The notes: generated by a model from the letters alone, not told the origin. Numbered from the stretch's first letter, positions 28,605 to 39,140 are shown. The stretch: 64,000 nucleotides of DNA from Desulfobacterales bacterium (GCA_963674755.2 CAXXVS010000002.1:1728001-1792000), one strand, 5' to 3'. Numbers and translations: made by a program.

Positions 28605-29498
28605 GTGACGATGGAATTGATGCCTGTGACGATAGGCCGAATGACAACCAGCCAACGTATGCCTGCGGCCCGACGAAGGTTGAAAACCATGCCCCATACA
28701 ATCCCATCGGCGGCCTGGGTCGTCGAACGCATGGTTGGCATCGGCATGATCGCGCTCTGCCTTCTGTTGTTCCCCGGAGCAGAAGCGGCCCTCCGGGCCC
28801 GTCCCATCAAGATCGGTTATTTCACGGTGGCGCCCCACGCCATGCCCGGCCCCCGGAGCATTCCCCAGGGGATCGCCGTGGAATATTTCAAACGGGTGGC
28901 CCTCGAAATGCAACTGAAGGAGATGGAATTCATCCTGCTGCCCCTGGGCCGTCTTCTGCAGGATCTCGCCAACAACCGCATCGACATGGCGCTGCTGCTG
29001 GCTAAAGATGCTGAACGGGCCGCAAGGTTTGTCTACCCCCAGCAAGCCTTCTGCGTCACCAAACCGTCGATTGCCGTCAGCTCCTCGAATCCGCTGGCAC
29101 GGGTCACATCCGTCAACGATCTTCTCCCCCTGGCCTTCTACGAAAGACCGGCCAACTACCGCACGACCATCATGCAGGATCCCCGCCTGCAAATCGAACC
29201 GTTGACCGGCAACGATTTCACCCGCCGCTGTTATGCCATGATCGTGGCCGGCCGTATCGATGGCTGCTACCAGCCGGACCACTATCCCTTTCAATTTGAG
29301 GCGACGCGGAAGAAATTCCTGTCCAAAGTCAACGTCCTGTATCTTCCCGATCCCCCCATCGGACTCTATTCGGCTTTTTCAAAAATCGGTGCCCGGCGCT
29401 ATCTGGAACGCTATGAGAAGGCCCTTGCAACCGTGAAGCAACGCTGCTCCTACGGCGAGGTATTCGAACGGTTTATCGCCGAATACAAAGAGGAATAA
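28605..29498 (+). CDS. periplasmic substrate-binding protein (family 3-like)
   Basis: Signal-like hydrophobic stretch; GIAVEYF, PLGRLL..L..NRID, AGRIDG; true start probably downstream of 28605. Confidence 0.75.
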   Translation: MTMELMPVTIGRMTTSQRMPAARRRLKTMPHTIPSAAWVVERMVGIGMIALCLLLFPGAEAALRARPIKIGYFTVAPHAMPGPRSIPQGIAVEYFKRVALEMQLKEMEFILLPLGRLLQDLANNRIDMALLLAKDAERAARFVYPQQAFCVTKPSIAVSSSNPLARVTSVNDLLPLAFYERPANYRTTIMQDPRLQIEPLTGNDFTRRCYAMIVAGRIDGCYQPDHYPFQFEATRKKFLSKVNVLYLPDPPIGLYSAFSKIGARRYLERYEKALATVKQRCSYGEVFERFIAEYKEE

Positions 29499-29829
29499 TG
29501 CCATGCCCTGCCGGATCCGGCGGTTGCCGTGCTGCCTACCGGCGATGACCAAACGGTTCGGTGCAAGGCCGCAGTCCCTACCGATGGTCTCTGTGAATAT
29601 TGACGGCGTCCTTGCAGAATGGCGTCAGGGCTTCGCAGGCCATGGACAACCGATGGGCCGAAAGGCAAGGCGCCGGCCGCTGCGAAAAACGCCGCAACCA
29701 TCAGGGTTGCAACGCCGTTTCGCGGGGGCGGGACTCACTTTATAGCCCATAAGACCAGATGAGAACTCCCGCAACGCAGGACAACGCCGCCCTTCGGCTT
29801 TAGACGCCGTTTATCCGCGGCCTGTTAGG

Positions 29830-30846
29830 TCAAGTCGGCTGCCAACCCCTCTCCGCAACGCAGCCCGGCGTCTCTTCCCGCTCCTGCGTCCGCGGGCCGC
29901 GACGACATGGGCCCACGAGGTCGTTCTCGTCCAGCGTTCGCCATATCAGCGCCATCGTCAACCCGCTGGAAAAGGCACCGGCCTGCCCCCAATAGCCTGC
30001 CATGCCGGACGGCCCGGTGATCGGCATGGTGTGGCCGGAAAACGATCCCCAAAAGACCAGGGCCGTCAACAGCGGCCAGAAGAAGTCCATGGCCCTGCAA
30101 AACAAGGGTTCCACACCTGGATAGCCCCCCTCGGCATCCCGGACGGGATTCCCGCCCCGTGCCCCGAACCCCAGGAGCGCCGCCGCGGCACCGGTTCCTC
30201 CCGCCGGCGGATAGCGCAGCAGATAGGGGCCTACCTCGGATGTCGCACCCTGGGGCAGCACAAGATTCAAGCTCAGCAGGCCGGCCACGAAACTGCCCAT
30301 AAACAGGACCATCAGGGTTCGCCGCCCGCCGAGGCCGGGCTCCAGATACCCCCCCAGCAACCCCAGGAGAACCGCATTCACAAACAAACGGCCATATGTG
30401 TCATGGAGAAAACTGCGGGCCGCGACAACCCGGATCAGATCGGCCAGGCCGGGATCGTCGAAATGCAAGCCACACAGATGGTCCGTGGCGGCATCGGGCA
30501 AGACGAAGGTCAGGAGAATACAGACGACGATAAACGTTAGGGTCGCCACCGGGAGCCGTTTGCGGTAGCCCCGATCCGCCGGCTTGGCACCCTTTCCCGG
30601 GGGAATTGCCTCGCATCGGTCCCGCCGCTTCTGACACGCCGCCGTCCAAAGGACCGCACATCCTGCTACCCCCCAAAGGGCGGCCATTCCCGGCCATACC
30701 AGAGCGGCCAGGGCCGGGCGGCGATCCCCGAACAGCAGCGGCAGCAGCAGGGCCACCGCCATCCACAGGCGTTGCGGACCGCCACAAAACCCGAACGCGG
30801 CCCACCTTAAAAACACCCCCTTGATCGCTGTCACACGCATCCCCAT
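29830..30846 (-). CDS. rhomboid-fold membrane protein lacking the catalytic dyad
   Basis: FLH..RLFVN..LGGYLE..LGGRR pattern; GGTG where GxSG is expected, GQAGA where AHxGG is expected. Confidence 0.65.
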   Translation of the reverse strand: MGMRVTAIKGVFLRWAAFGFCGGPQRLWMAVALLLPLLFGDRRPALAALVWPGMAALWGVAGCAVLWTAACQKRRDRCEAIPPGKGAKPADRGYRKRLPVATLTFIVVCILLTFVLPDAATDHLCGLHFDDPGLADLIRVVAARSFLHDTYGRLFVNAVLLGLLGGYLEPGLGGRRTLMVLFMGSFVAGLLSLNLVLPQGATSEVGPYLLRYPPAGGTGAAAALLGFGARGGNPVRDAEGGYPGVEPLFCRAMDFFWPLLTALVFWGSFSGHTMPITGPSGMAGYWGQAGAFSSGLTMALIWRTLDENDLVGPCRRGPRTQEREETPGCVAERGWQPT

Positions 30847-31162
30847 CGCATCCTCCTTTGGTAGAACGCTTTCGAATCCGATATCGTCATCAGTGGGCGG
30901 CATTCTACCGGATAGGTGTGACAGATACGGTCACAGGGAAAAAAAATGGAGCGATAGGGGTAACGGGATGGCGATTCTGCTAATCGACCGAAGGCCCGGC
31001 GCGGCCACCAAGACATTCGGATTAAGCTGGTCGCGAAAGGCGGTCATCGTGACAATCTGCGGCGTCAGGTCTGACGAAACGTGTCAGAAAGCGCCCTGGG
31101 AATGCCCCCTAAGAATCTTCAACCTATTGCAATTATATAACATTTTATCACCATGGGCCTTA

Positions 31163-31178
31163 TGGAACAAATTTTGCT
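31163..31178 (+). promoter_or_regulatory. sigma-54 (-24/-12) promoter
   Basis: tGGaacaaattttGCt with exact 10-nt GG to GC spacing, upstream of the GGAGG/ATG at 31243. Confidence 0.65.
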
Positions 31179-31242
31179 TATGATTTCAAAATGTTACTTT
31201 TATTTTGCCCGGACGCGTCCCATCTGCCAAGGAGGACATCCC

Positions 31243-32361
31243 ATGGATATCGTCTGCCGTCATTGCAATGCCACTTACACCATCGCCGACCACAAGGTGC
31301 CCGCCCGCAAAGCTGCGGCCACCTGCAAACGCTGCGGCAACCGCATCGTCATCGATCCCCGGCCCGCCGGAGACCTGCACCCCGACGGGATGACATCCAT
31401 GCCCAAGGCGGTACCGTCACCAGAAGCGCCGGCCAAAAACGCCCATGACCGGACCCTCGTGGAAGCCTTCCCGGAGGTAGCCGGGTTTCACCCGGCCCAT
31501 TATGCCATGTCCGAAATCATGCGACCGACCCCCAAGGGCCGCTATCAGACCCGCCCGAACAAGTTCAAGCTGAAACTCCTGGCGGTGGTCAAACCGACCG
31601 TGGATGCCCTGCTCCGAAAAGATGAACAGGTGATGCGCATCAGCGGCGGCACGGCCTACTACCCTGCCGAACTCTTCTTCGGCAACGGCTTTCTGACCAT
31701 GCTTTACAACCGCTACGCGCTCGTGGCGACCAACCAGCGTCTGGTGATGATCAACACCAACCACCGCATGACCGGGCTTCGCCATTATCTGTTTCAAATG
31801 CCCTACGGCGAAATCAAAAAAGTGTCCCGCGGCCTGTTCCGCACCAGCCTCAACCTGGTGCGCAAAAAGGGGCGCCGCCGCCTCTTTACTTCCATGAAGA
31901 TGGCCTCCACGAGGGAGTTGCGGGAGTTTATCGCACCGCGGCTGACAGCGGGGCCGACCGCCGTATCCGGCGATGAGAACCTGGAATGCCTGTGCCCGGC
32001 CTGCTACACCGGTCTGCCCGGCTATACGGATGCCTGCGAGGCCTGCGGGGCGACTTTTAAAAACGCCCGGAAAGCGGCCCTGCGTTCATTATTGCTGCCG
32101 GGTTGGGGCGACTGGTATCTCGGCCACCGTCTCTTGGGAGGGCTCGAGCTCATCGGGTCGCTGTTCGTGTGGTCCATCGTTTTCAGCCTGCTGACCCAGG
32201 GCGGGGCCGAAGATGCCGGGGTGGCCGTATTCATCCTGCTGTTCTACAATGGTTTCGATGCCCTGCTGACACGCCACATGGCCCGCAAGGGCATCATGCT
32301 GGAGGCCCGGGCATCGACGACCGCCCAGACGCAAACCCGGCTGGCCGCGGCGCGCGTATAG
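31243..32361 (+). CDS. MJ0042-type zinc ribbon, PH-like domain, second zinc ribbon and TM helices
   Basis: MDIVCRHCNATY..CKRCG; ALVATNQRLVMI; CPAC..CEACG; SLLLPGWG and hydrophobic C-terminus. Confidence 0.8.
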   Translation: MDIVCRHCNATYTIADHKVPARKAAATCKRCGNRIVIDPRPAGDLHPDGMTSMPKAVPSPEAPAKNAHDRTLVEAFPEVAGFHPAHYAMSEIMRPTPKGRYQTRPNKFKLKLLAVVKPTVDALLRKDEQVMRISGGTAYYPAELFFGNGFLTMLYNRYALVATNQRLVMINTNHRMTGLRHYLFQMPYGEIKKVSRGLFRTSLNLVRKKGRRRLFTSMKMASTRELREFIAPRLTAGPTAVSGDENLECLCPACYTGLPGYTDACEACGATFKNARKAALRSLLLPGWGDWYLGHRLLGGLELIGSLFVWSIVFSLLTQGGAEDAGVAVFILLFYNGFDALLTRHMARKGIMLEARASTTAQTQTRLAAARV

Positions 32362-32444
32362 GCGGGTTGAAACGTGAGGGCCTAATCTACGGTGGGGTCG
32401 CGTCAGGGCAGGCAAAGCAGGCGTTTACGTCTATTCACAATCCG

Positions 32445-32567
32445 CTAATGCTGGAAAAGGAATAAGAGCAGGAACCGCCCGAAGATCAGCAGCAGAATCA
32501 GGGGAATGACCCACCAGGGCAGGTGTTTGAAATAGCGTTGAAAATCCCGGTGGGTCGGATATTTCAT
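32445..32567 (-). CDS. putative 40-aa single-TM small protein
   Basis: Hand translation MKYPTHRDFQRYFKHLPWWVIPLILLLIFGRFLLLFLFQH, directly downstream of the 32584 gene. Confidence 0.35.
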   Translation of the reverse strand: MKYPTHRDFQRYFKHLPWWVIPLILLLIFGRFLLLFLFQH

Positions 32568-32583
32568 GGGCGTAATCGCCGTT

Positions 32584-33021
32584 TCAGGCCGCCCGCGCTT
32601 TGTCGAGCCATTCCAGAGCGTCTTCCAAGCGCTTAAAAATCATCAGCTGGCGGGAGGTCTTTTCATCGATGCCACGAAAAGCTTCATACATCCGGGAAAG
32701 CCCATAGGATAGGGTGTCCCCCACAACGATGGCGAACCGGCCCGATCCTACGGACGCATCCATGCCGGCCGCCAGGTAGGCCACCGCTTCCAGGCCCTCC
32801 GTGGTCACCTCGATCTGCTCCAGGGTCCGGAAGTCGATCAGTTCGTCAAAACCGTGGCGTGCGGGGTCGCTCCAGACCGTTTTCTGGTAATCCATGAGAG
32901 CGGCATCGGTCACGATGCTTCCCCAGGTGGTCGTCACTCGGCGGCGTGTGCTGTCGATCTTGATGTCGTAAATGGGTTCGGGTTCCTTTCCGGCAGGATC
33001 GCTCAGGGCCTCTTTATTCAT
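32584..33021 (-). CDS. hypothetical protein (SpoIIAA/STAS-like)
   Basis: ELIDFR..RFAIVV..YGLSRMY..IFKRLEDALEWL pattern. Confidence 0.7.
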   Translation of the reverse strand: MNKEALSDPAGKEPEPIYDIKIDSTRRRVTTTWGSIVTDAALMDYQKTVWSDPARHGFDELIDFRTLEQIEVTTEGLEAVAYLAAGMDASVGSGRFAIVVGDTLSYGLSRMYEAFRGIDEKTSRQLMIFKRLEDALEWLDKARAA

Positions 33022-33137
33022 GCTCCCACAGCGGCTGGATGTCATTTTCCGTAAGAAGTAATCCCCCACCGTGCCGGCGTCAAGAGCGAGGCCGGCCCCT
33101 CGCGTGCGGAACCGTCGTCTCCCAACCGTCTGAGATG

Positions 33138-34664
33138 CTAAAGGTTGAATTCAATCCCCTGGGCCAGGGGCAGTGAAGTTCCCCAGTTGATGGTGTTGGT
33201 CTGTCTGCGCATATAGGCCCGCCAGGCGTCGGATCCGGACTCCCGGCCGCCACCGGTTTCTTTCTCGCCCCCGAAGGCGCCCCCGATTTCGGCCCCCGAA
33301 GTGCCGATATTGACATTGGCGATGCCGCAGTCCGATCCCGTGGCGGCCAAGAACGCTTCCGATTGGTGGAGGGAGGCCGTGAAGATGGCCGAACTGAGCC
33401 CCTGGGGTACATCGTTGTGCATGCGGATGGCGTCCTCCAGCTTGTCGTAGCCGATGATATAGAGGATCGGGGCAAAGGTTTCGCTCTGGACGATGGGCAG
33501 GTGGTTCTGGGCTCCCACCAGGGTCGGTTCCACGTAAAAGCCCCCGGGCACCGCTTCCAGTCGGCTACCCCCGTAAAGTACCTCGGCGCCCTGGGCGCGG
33601 GCCTGACCCAGGGCCGCCATCATCCCTTCCACCGCGGCCGCGTCGATCAGGGGGCCCATGAGGGTTTCGGGTTGGCGGGGATCCCCGACGCGCACCTGCC
33701 GGTAGGCCTTGATCAGGGCCTCCGTGAAGCGTTCCCGGACCGAAGACTGGACAATGATACGACGGGTGCTGGTGCAGCGCTGGCCGGCCGTGCCCACCGC
33801 ACCGAACACGGTGGCCCGCAGGGCCATGTCCAGATCGGCGTCCTCACAGATAATGATGGCATTGTTGCCCCCCAGCTCCAGCAGGCTGCGTCCCAGGCGG
33901 CGCGCCACGGTGGTGCCCACATGGCGGCCCATGCGGGTGCTGCCGGTGGCGCTGATCAGAGGCAGACGGGGATCGCCGATCATGGCTTCGCCCACCTGGG
34001 CGCCGCTGCCGATAACCAGATTGAAGACCCCCTTCAGTTCGAATTCCTCCAGAACCGGCGCGATGATATTGTTGATGGCGATGGCCGTGAGCGCCGTCTT
34101 GGAGCTGGGCTTCCAGATCAGGACGTCGCCGCAGACGGCGGCAATGAGGGCATTCCAGGACCAGACCGCGGCCGGAAAGTTGAAGGCGGTGATCACCCCC
34201 ACCGGCCCTAAAGGATGCCACTGCTCCATCATGCGGTGCTGGGGTCGTTCACTGGCGATGGTCAGGCCGTAGAGCTGCCGGGAAAGCCCCACCGCAAAAT
34301 CGGCGACGTCGATCATTTCCTGGACTTCCCCCTCTCCCTCCGCCGTGATCTTGCCGGCTTCCAGGGTAATCAGGGCGCCCAGCAGGGTCTTGAATTCCCG
34401 CAGACGCAGTCCGATCCGGCGAACCACTTCTCCGCGCAGGGGGGGCGGTGTGCGGCGCCACTTTTCAAACCCTTCCCGGGCGGCGGCCACCACAGCATCA
34501 TAGTCGTCGGCCGTGGCCTGCTGAATTCGGGCGATGGGCTGCCCGTCGATGGGCGAGACACTGGTCAGCATTTCCCCGCCGGTGCTCAGCCAGCCGGCGG
34601 AACCGCCCGTCGTGGCGCCGCTGTTGATGGATGCCAGTCCAAGCCTGTCAAGTAGCGCTTCCAT
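33138..34664 (-). CDS. aldehyde dehydrogenase family 7 (piperideine-6-carboxylate/aminoadipate semialdehyde dehydrogenase-like)
   Basis: ITAFNFP, ATGSTRMG, LELGGNN, GTAGQRC, ETFAP, GAEIGGAFGGEKETGGGRESGSD. Confidence 0.93.
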   Translation of the reverse strand: MEALLDRLGLASINSGATTGGSAGWLSTGGEMLTSVSPIDGQPIARIQQATADDYDAVVAAAREGFEKWRRTPPPLRGEVVRRIGLRLREFKTLLGALITLEAGKITAEGEGEVQEMIDVADFAVGLSRQLYGLTIASERPQHRMMEQWHPLGPVGVITAFNFPAAVWSWNALIAAVCGDVLIWKPSSKTALTAIAINNIIAPVLEEFELKGVFNLVIGSGAQVGEAMIGDPRLPLISATGSTRMGRHVGTTVARRLGRSLLELGGNNAIIICEDADLDMALRATVFGAVGTAGQRCTSTRRIIVQSSVRERFTEALIKAYRQVRVGDPRQPETLMGPLIDAAAVEGMMAALGQARAQGAEVLYGGSRLEAVPGGFYVEPTLVGAQNHLPIVQSETFAPILYIIGYDKLEDAIRMHNDVPQGLSSAIFTASLHQSEAFLAATGSDCGIANVNIGTSGAEIGGAFGGEKETGGGRESGSDAWRAYMRRQTNTINWGTSLPLAQGIEFNL

Positions 34665-34784
34665 GGTGAACTCCTTTGATGATGTCTTCCGTAAAATAAA
34701 AAAAGGTAATGCGGAACGGCAGAACACGCAAACCATACGCCATATCACTTTTGATATCAATTGCCCCTCCGCCTAAAAATCGTC

Positions 34785-34812
34785 TTGACGGCGTCAGGAC
34801 GGCTGGTATGGT
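34785..34812 (+). promoter_or_regulatory. putative sigma-70 promoter of TRAP operon
   Basis: TTGACG, 16 nt, TGG-TATGGT (extended -10). Confidence 0.4.
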
Positions 34813-34924
34813 TAAGGCCGCTTCGCTCCGCAGCGCTGCGGAGCGCTTGCCAACCTGATGGCCCGCCGTGACGGCCGACATGCTGCCGGCGGGGTGGTTA
34901 CGCAACCCGGAAAAGGAGGAGAAA

Positions 34925-36004
34925 ATGGCGCCGATCAAAAGCTTACTGGTCAAGGGAAGTGTTTTTGCGCTTGTTGCCGCTGTGCTGGCACTGGCCGTGC
35001 CGGCCGTCCAGGCGGCCAACTTCAAAAAGGAATACAAGCTCCAGGTCAACGTCGGCCCTTCCTTTTACTGGGGCATCGGCGCCACCAAGTTTGCCGATCT
35101 GGCCCGGGAAAAGACCAACGGCCAGATCAACATCAAACCCTATTTCGGCAGCGCCCTGCTCAAAGGCGCCCAGCTCAAGTCGGCCCAGATGGTGGCCAAG
35201 GGGGTCATCGACTGCGCCTATGAATCCACCATCAACATTTCGCCGGTCATCCCCCAGGCCAACATCTTCCACCTGCCCTTCTTCATCAACACCTTCGAGA
35301 ATCTGGACAAGATGAAAGCCGGCCAATCGGGTCAGGCCGTGTTCGCCGCCATGGAAAAGGTCGGGCTGCAACCCCTGGCCTGGGCGGAGAACGGGTTCCG
35401 CCAGGTGACCAACAGCAAGCGGCCCATCAAATCCCCGGCCGATCTCAAAGGCCTGCGCATCCGCGTGGTGGGCAACCCGCTTTTCATGGACACCTTCCGC
35501 CAGCTCGGCGCCGATCCGGTCAACATGAACTGGGGCGACGCCCAGACCGCTTTCCAGCAGGGGGTCGTGGATGGCCAGGAAAACCCGGTGGGGGTGTTGA
35601 TTCCGGTCCAGATCTGGCAGTACAACAAGTATGTCACCATGTGGAACTACCTGGTGGATCCCCTGGTCATCTACTGGAACCAGAAGCAGTGGCAAGCCTT
35701 TCCGCCCGCTATCCAGAAAGCCTTGCAGGAGGCCGCCTTGGAATCCGGCCGGTTTGAGATCGCCCTCTGCCGGGCCGGGCTGGATGGGGACAAATCCATC
35801 AACATACTGAAAAATGATTTCAACTACACCATGGAGGTGCCGGACCCGGTCAAATTCATGGAATCCAAGGGCATGACCGTGACCTTTCTGGACGACGCCC
35901 AGGTGCAAGCCTTTGCCGAAGCCACCGCACCGGTGCTGGAGAAATATACCCAGGAAATCGGCGCCGACCTGGTGGAGAAGGCCCGGGCCGACATGGCCCA
36001 GTAG
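34925..36004 (+). CDS. dctP: TRAP transporter substrate-binding protein
   Basis: Signal peptide; ENGFRQVTN, DLKGLRIRV, QQGVVDGQENP. Confidence 0.93.
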   Translation: MAPIKSLLVKGSVFALVAAVLALAVPAVQAANFKKEYKLQVNVGPSFYWGIGATKFADLAREKTNGQINIKPYFGSALLKGAQLKSAQMVAKGVIDCAYESTINISPVIPQANIFHLPFFINTFENLDKMKAGQSGQAVFAAMEKVGLQPLAWAENGFRQVTNSKRPIKSPADLKGLRIRVVGNPLFMDTFRQLGADPVNMNWGDAQTAFQQGVVDGQENPVGVLIPVQIWQYNKYVTMWNYLVDPLVIYWNQKQWQAFPPAIQKALQEAALESGRFEIALCRAGLDGDKSINILKNDFNYTMEVPDPVKFMESKGMTVTFLDDAQVQAFAEATAPVLEKYTQEIGADLVEKARADMAQ

Positions 36005-36259
36005 AACCAATCTCAAAACAGTTTTTTCGCCCGATATCGGCGTTGAAGCCGCGTCTCACGTCCTCGGCATACTGGAGTATGCCTGCGGGTTGATACTCGG
36101 CTTCGCCTTGATCTCGAACGAAAACCCTAATTTTGAGACAGGTTCTATCCCTTCCGCGGATCGCATCACGTCTTATCGGGGCAGCCGTTACGGGCTGTCC
36201 TGGTCGCCGCGTACAGGCATCCATACGGGAATGCTATCAGACAACCGGAGGCCGGCTTT

Positions 36260-36739
36260 TTGAAGACCCGCAACCCTATCCGACTCGATCACGGGATCGC
36301 CGCCCTGCTGCTCATGACCATGGCGGTGATCGCCTTCGTCAATGTCCTGAGCCGCTATTTTATCAATTTTTCCATCGGCGCCACCGAGGAGATCACCATC
36401 AACCTCTTCGTCTGGATGACCGTGGTGGGCACGGGCATCGCTTTCGAACGCGGGGCCCAGCTGGGCATGGTGACCTTCTACAACCTCTTCCCGCTCAAGA
36501 TACGCAAATACCTGGTGGTCTTCAGCGCCTTGCTGGGCGCGGGCCTCTTCGTGCTGGTCGGCATCTATATGATCCAGGCCATCTACGATGAAATCACCCT
36601 GTTCCAAGCCTCCAGCGCCTCCCTGGGCATCCCGGTGTGGGTCTACTACGCCGGGGTGCCGCTTCTGTCGGTGTTCGTTTTCCGGGGCATCTACCGCGGG
36701 GCCCGAACCCGCCTGGCGGCCCTGGAGGAGGACGCCTGA
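36260..36739 (+). CDS. dctQ: TRAP transporter small permease
   Basis: NVLSRY..TEEI..FVW; four TM helices; lies between dctP and dctM. Confidence 0.88.
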   Translation: MKTRNPIRLDHGIAALLLMTMAVIAFVNVLSRYFINFSIGATEEITINLFVWMTVVGTGIAFERGAQLGMVTFYNLFPLKIRKYLVVFSALLGAGLFVLVGIYMIQAIYDEITLFQASSASLGIPVWVYYAGVPLLSVFVFRGIYRGARTRLAALEEDA

Positions 36740-38028
36740 TGGAAGTGCTCCTCATCGGCTCGGTCTTCCTGGTCCTGATGATCCTGGGCGTGCCCATCGG
36801 CACCGCCCTAGGGGTGGCCGGGGTGGTGACCATCTACCAGTTCGACCTGGGCATCGAAATGCTCGGCGTGAATTTTTCCTCGGGCATCGCCTCTTTTCCC
36901 CTTTTGGCGATCCCGTTCTTCGTACTGGCCGGAGTGATTCTGGACCGGGCCGGACTGGCGGCCACCATCGCCCGCTTCTTCGAACTCCTGGTGGGCAAGG
37001 CCACGGGCGGACTGGCCATGGTGGCGGTCATGACCTGCATCTTCTGGGGATCCCTGTCCGGCTCCGGACCCGCCACCACCGCCGCCGTGGGCATGATCCT
37101 GCTGGCCCCCATGATCAAGCACGGCTACGACAAGAGCTTTGCCGGGGCCACCATCGCCAACGCGGCGGATCTCTCCATCATCATCCCCCCCAGCATCGCC
37201 TTCATCATCTATGGCAACATCACCAGCGTGTCGGTGAGCGCCCTTTTCGTGGCCGGCATCATTCCCGGACTGCTGACCGGCGCAGGCACGGTGCTGGTGG
37301 CCTATCTGATTTCCCGCAAGCGGGGCTACCGGGGCCTGGGGCAGCGGGGCACACCCGCCGAGCTGTGGCAGGCCTTTAAAAAATCCATCTGGGCCCTGCT
37401 GGCACCGGTGGTCATCCTGGGAGGCATCTATTCCGGGATCTTCACCCCCACCGAAGCGGCGGTGGTGGCGGTCTTCTACAGCCTTTTCGTGGCGGTCTTC
37501 ATTTACCGCTCCATCGGCTGGCGCGACATGATCGAGATGCTCGTGGACGCGGCTGTGACCAGCTCGGTCATCATGTTCATCGTGGTCTTCGCCGGCATTT
37601 TCACCTGGACGGCCTCGGTCATCGGGGTCATCGACAAAGCGGCCAACCTCATCGTAAGCGTTTCCCCCAACGCCGTGGTCATGATCATTCTGATCGATCT
37701 GCTGCTGCTGGCCCTGGGCATGGTGCTGGACGCCATCAGCATCTCCTACCTGCTGATGCCTATCCTGATCCCGGTCCTGCAGGCCTTCGGCATCGATCCG
37801 GTCTGGTACGGCGTCATCTTCATTTCCGCCCTGGCCGTGGGTCAGGCCACCCCGCCGGTGGGCGTCAACCTCTTCACAGCGGCCAACCTGATCGGAAGCG
37901 ACGTGGATGCCGTGGCCAAAGAGGCCATTCCCTATGTCCTCATGGACGTCATCGTCCTCATCATCCTCTCGCTGCTGCCGATCCTGTCCCTCTACCTGCC
38001 GATCAAGGCCGGGCTTTACACGCCCTAA
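36739..38028 (+). CDS. dctM: TRAP transporter large permease
   Basis: LLAIPFF, SGSGPA, IIPPS, GIFTPTEAA, TPPVG. Confidence 0.95.
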   Translation: MEVLLIGSVFLVLMILGVPIGTALGVAGVVTIYQFDLGIEMLGVNFSSGIASFPLLAIPFFVLAGVILDRAGLAATIARFFELLVGKATGGLAMVAVMTCIFWGSLSGSGPATTAAVGMILLAPMIKHGYDKSFAGATIANAADLSIIIPPSIAFIIYGNITSVSVSALFVAGIIPGLLTGAGTVLVAYLISRKRGYRGLGQRGTPAELWQAFKKSIWALLAPVVILGGIYSGIFTPTEAAVVAVFYSLFVAVFIYRSIGWRDMIEMLVDAAVTSSVIMFIVVFAGIFTWTASVIGVIDKAANLIVSVSPNAVVMIILIDLLLLALGMVLDAISISYLLMPILIPVLQAFGIDPVWYGVIFISALAVGQATPPVGVNLFTAANLIGSDVDAVAKEAIPYVLMDVIVLIILSLLPILSLYLPIKAGLYTP

Positions 38029-38038
38029 AGGACACCCG

Positions 38039-38848
38039 ATGCTCAGTTTCGGTCTGCTGGCCGCCGTTAAAATCCTCGTGTCCGTTCTGATGGTGGTCGT
38101 TCTCAGCCTGATCGCCGAGTGGGCCGGCCCGCGGGTGGCCGGCATCGCCTCCGGCTACCCCCTGGGGGCCGCCATCAGCCTGTTTTTCATGGGGCTGGAA
38201 ATCAGCCCCGCGTTCGCGGCCCGGAGCGCCATCTATACCGCCGCCGGGCTGGCGGCCACGGTCGCCTTTGTGGGAGGCTATCTCGTGGGGCTGCGTCTGG
38301 CCGAAGGCCGGTCGCGTCCGGCGGCGTTGATTCTGGCCGTTCTGCCGGCGATAGCGGCTTATGGCATGGCGGCCGGGGCCCTGGCCCTTGTGACCGTAAA
38401 CTGGGTGAGCGCCCCCTTGATCGCCATGAGCAGCATGATCCTGGCCAACCGCCTTTTCCGCCGCATCCCGGACACGGCCATCCGCCAAACCATCCGTCTG
38501 AGTCTGGGGGTAACGCTGCTGCGGGCCTTCTTCGCGGCACTAGTCATTTTGCTCATCACCGGCGCCGCCCGACTGGTGGGATCCGACTGGGCCGGTCTCT
38601 TTTCGGCCTTTCCCATCACCATGCTGCCCCTGCTGGTGATCATCCAGTTCACCTATGAACCGGCCCACGTTCGTACGGTCATCAAAAACGTCCCCCGGGG
38701 ACTCGGCGCGCTGCTCATCTATGCCCTGGTGGTGGCGGCTTCCTATGCAGACCTGGGCATTGGCTGGGGAACCGTTTTGGGCTACCTGGTCGCCACAGCC
38801 TATCTGGTGATTTTAGAGCATGTCCGTAAAGTGTTTGGTTGCGCATAA
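38039..38848 (+). CDS. integral membrane hypothetical protein
   Basis: Multi-TM with an internal repeat (GPRVAGIASGYP / GSDWAGLFSAFP). Confidence 0.75.
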   Translation: MLSFGLLAAVKILVSVLMVVVLSLIAEWAGPRVAGIASGYPLGAAISLFFMGLEISPAFAARSAIYTAAGLAATVAFVGGYLVGLRLAEGRSRPAALILAVLPAIAAYGMAAGALALVTVNWVSAPLIAMSSMILANRLFRRIPDTAIRQTIRLSLGVTLLRAFFAALVILLITGAARLVGSDWAGLFSAFPITMLPLLVIIQFTYEPAHVRTVIKNVPRGLGALLIYALVVAASYADLGIGWGTVLGYLVATAYLVILEHVRKVFGCA

Positions 38849-38951
38849 AAATTTTCCCCCCTTGCATTGTGCCGAATCGTGTCTAGGATGAGTTCAGTGT
38901 CGGCGCACACAAAGGCGGCGACAAAATCCTAAACAAAATGGAGGCAGACTT

Positions 38952-39140
38952 ATGGAATCCATGCCTACGAGAGATACAACCGGTAAATGCCAAGGCGAAT
39001 GCCGCGACCGCGTACACGAAGGGGAACAGGAACGTCAGCGTGACATCAAATCCCAGGCCTACAGCTCACCCAACCCCGACAGCCCTTCCTGGACCAAGGG
39101 CCGCAAGGAACAGCCGGCGGTCTGGGGCGGACGCGTCTAG
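38952..39140 (+). CDS. small hypothetical protein (62 aa)
   Basis: GGAGG upstream; TTGCAT-16-TAGGAT promoter-like at 38862-38889; hairpin downstream. Confidence 0.5.
   Translation: MESMPTRDTTGKCQGECRDRVHEGEQERQRDIKSQAYSSPNPDSPSWTKGRKEQPAVWGGRV

Noticed and set aside
39092..39118. ccaagggccgcaaggaacagcc resembles the SRP RNA helix-8 motif
   Set aside because: Conserved bases are missing, no long enclosing stem was seen, and it lies in a plausible ORF
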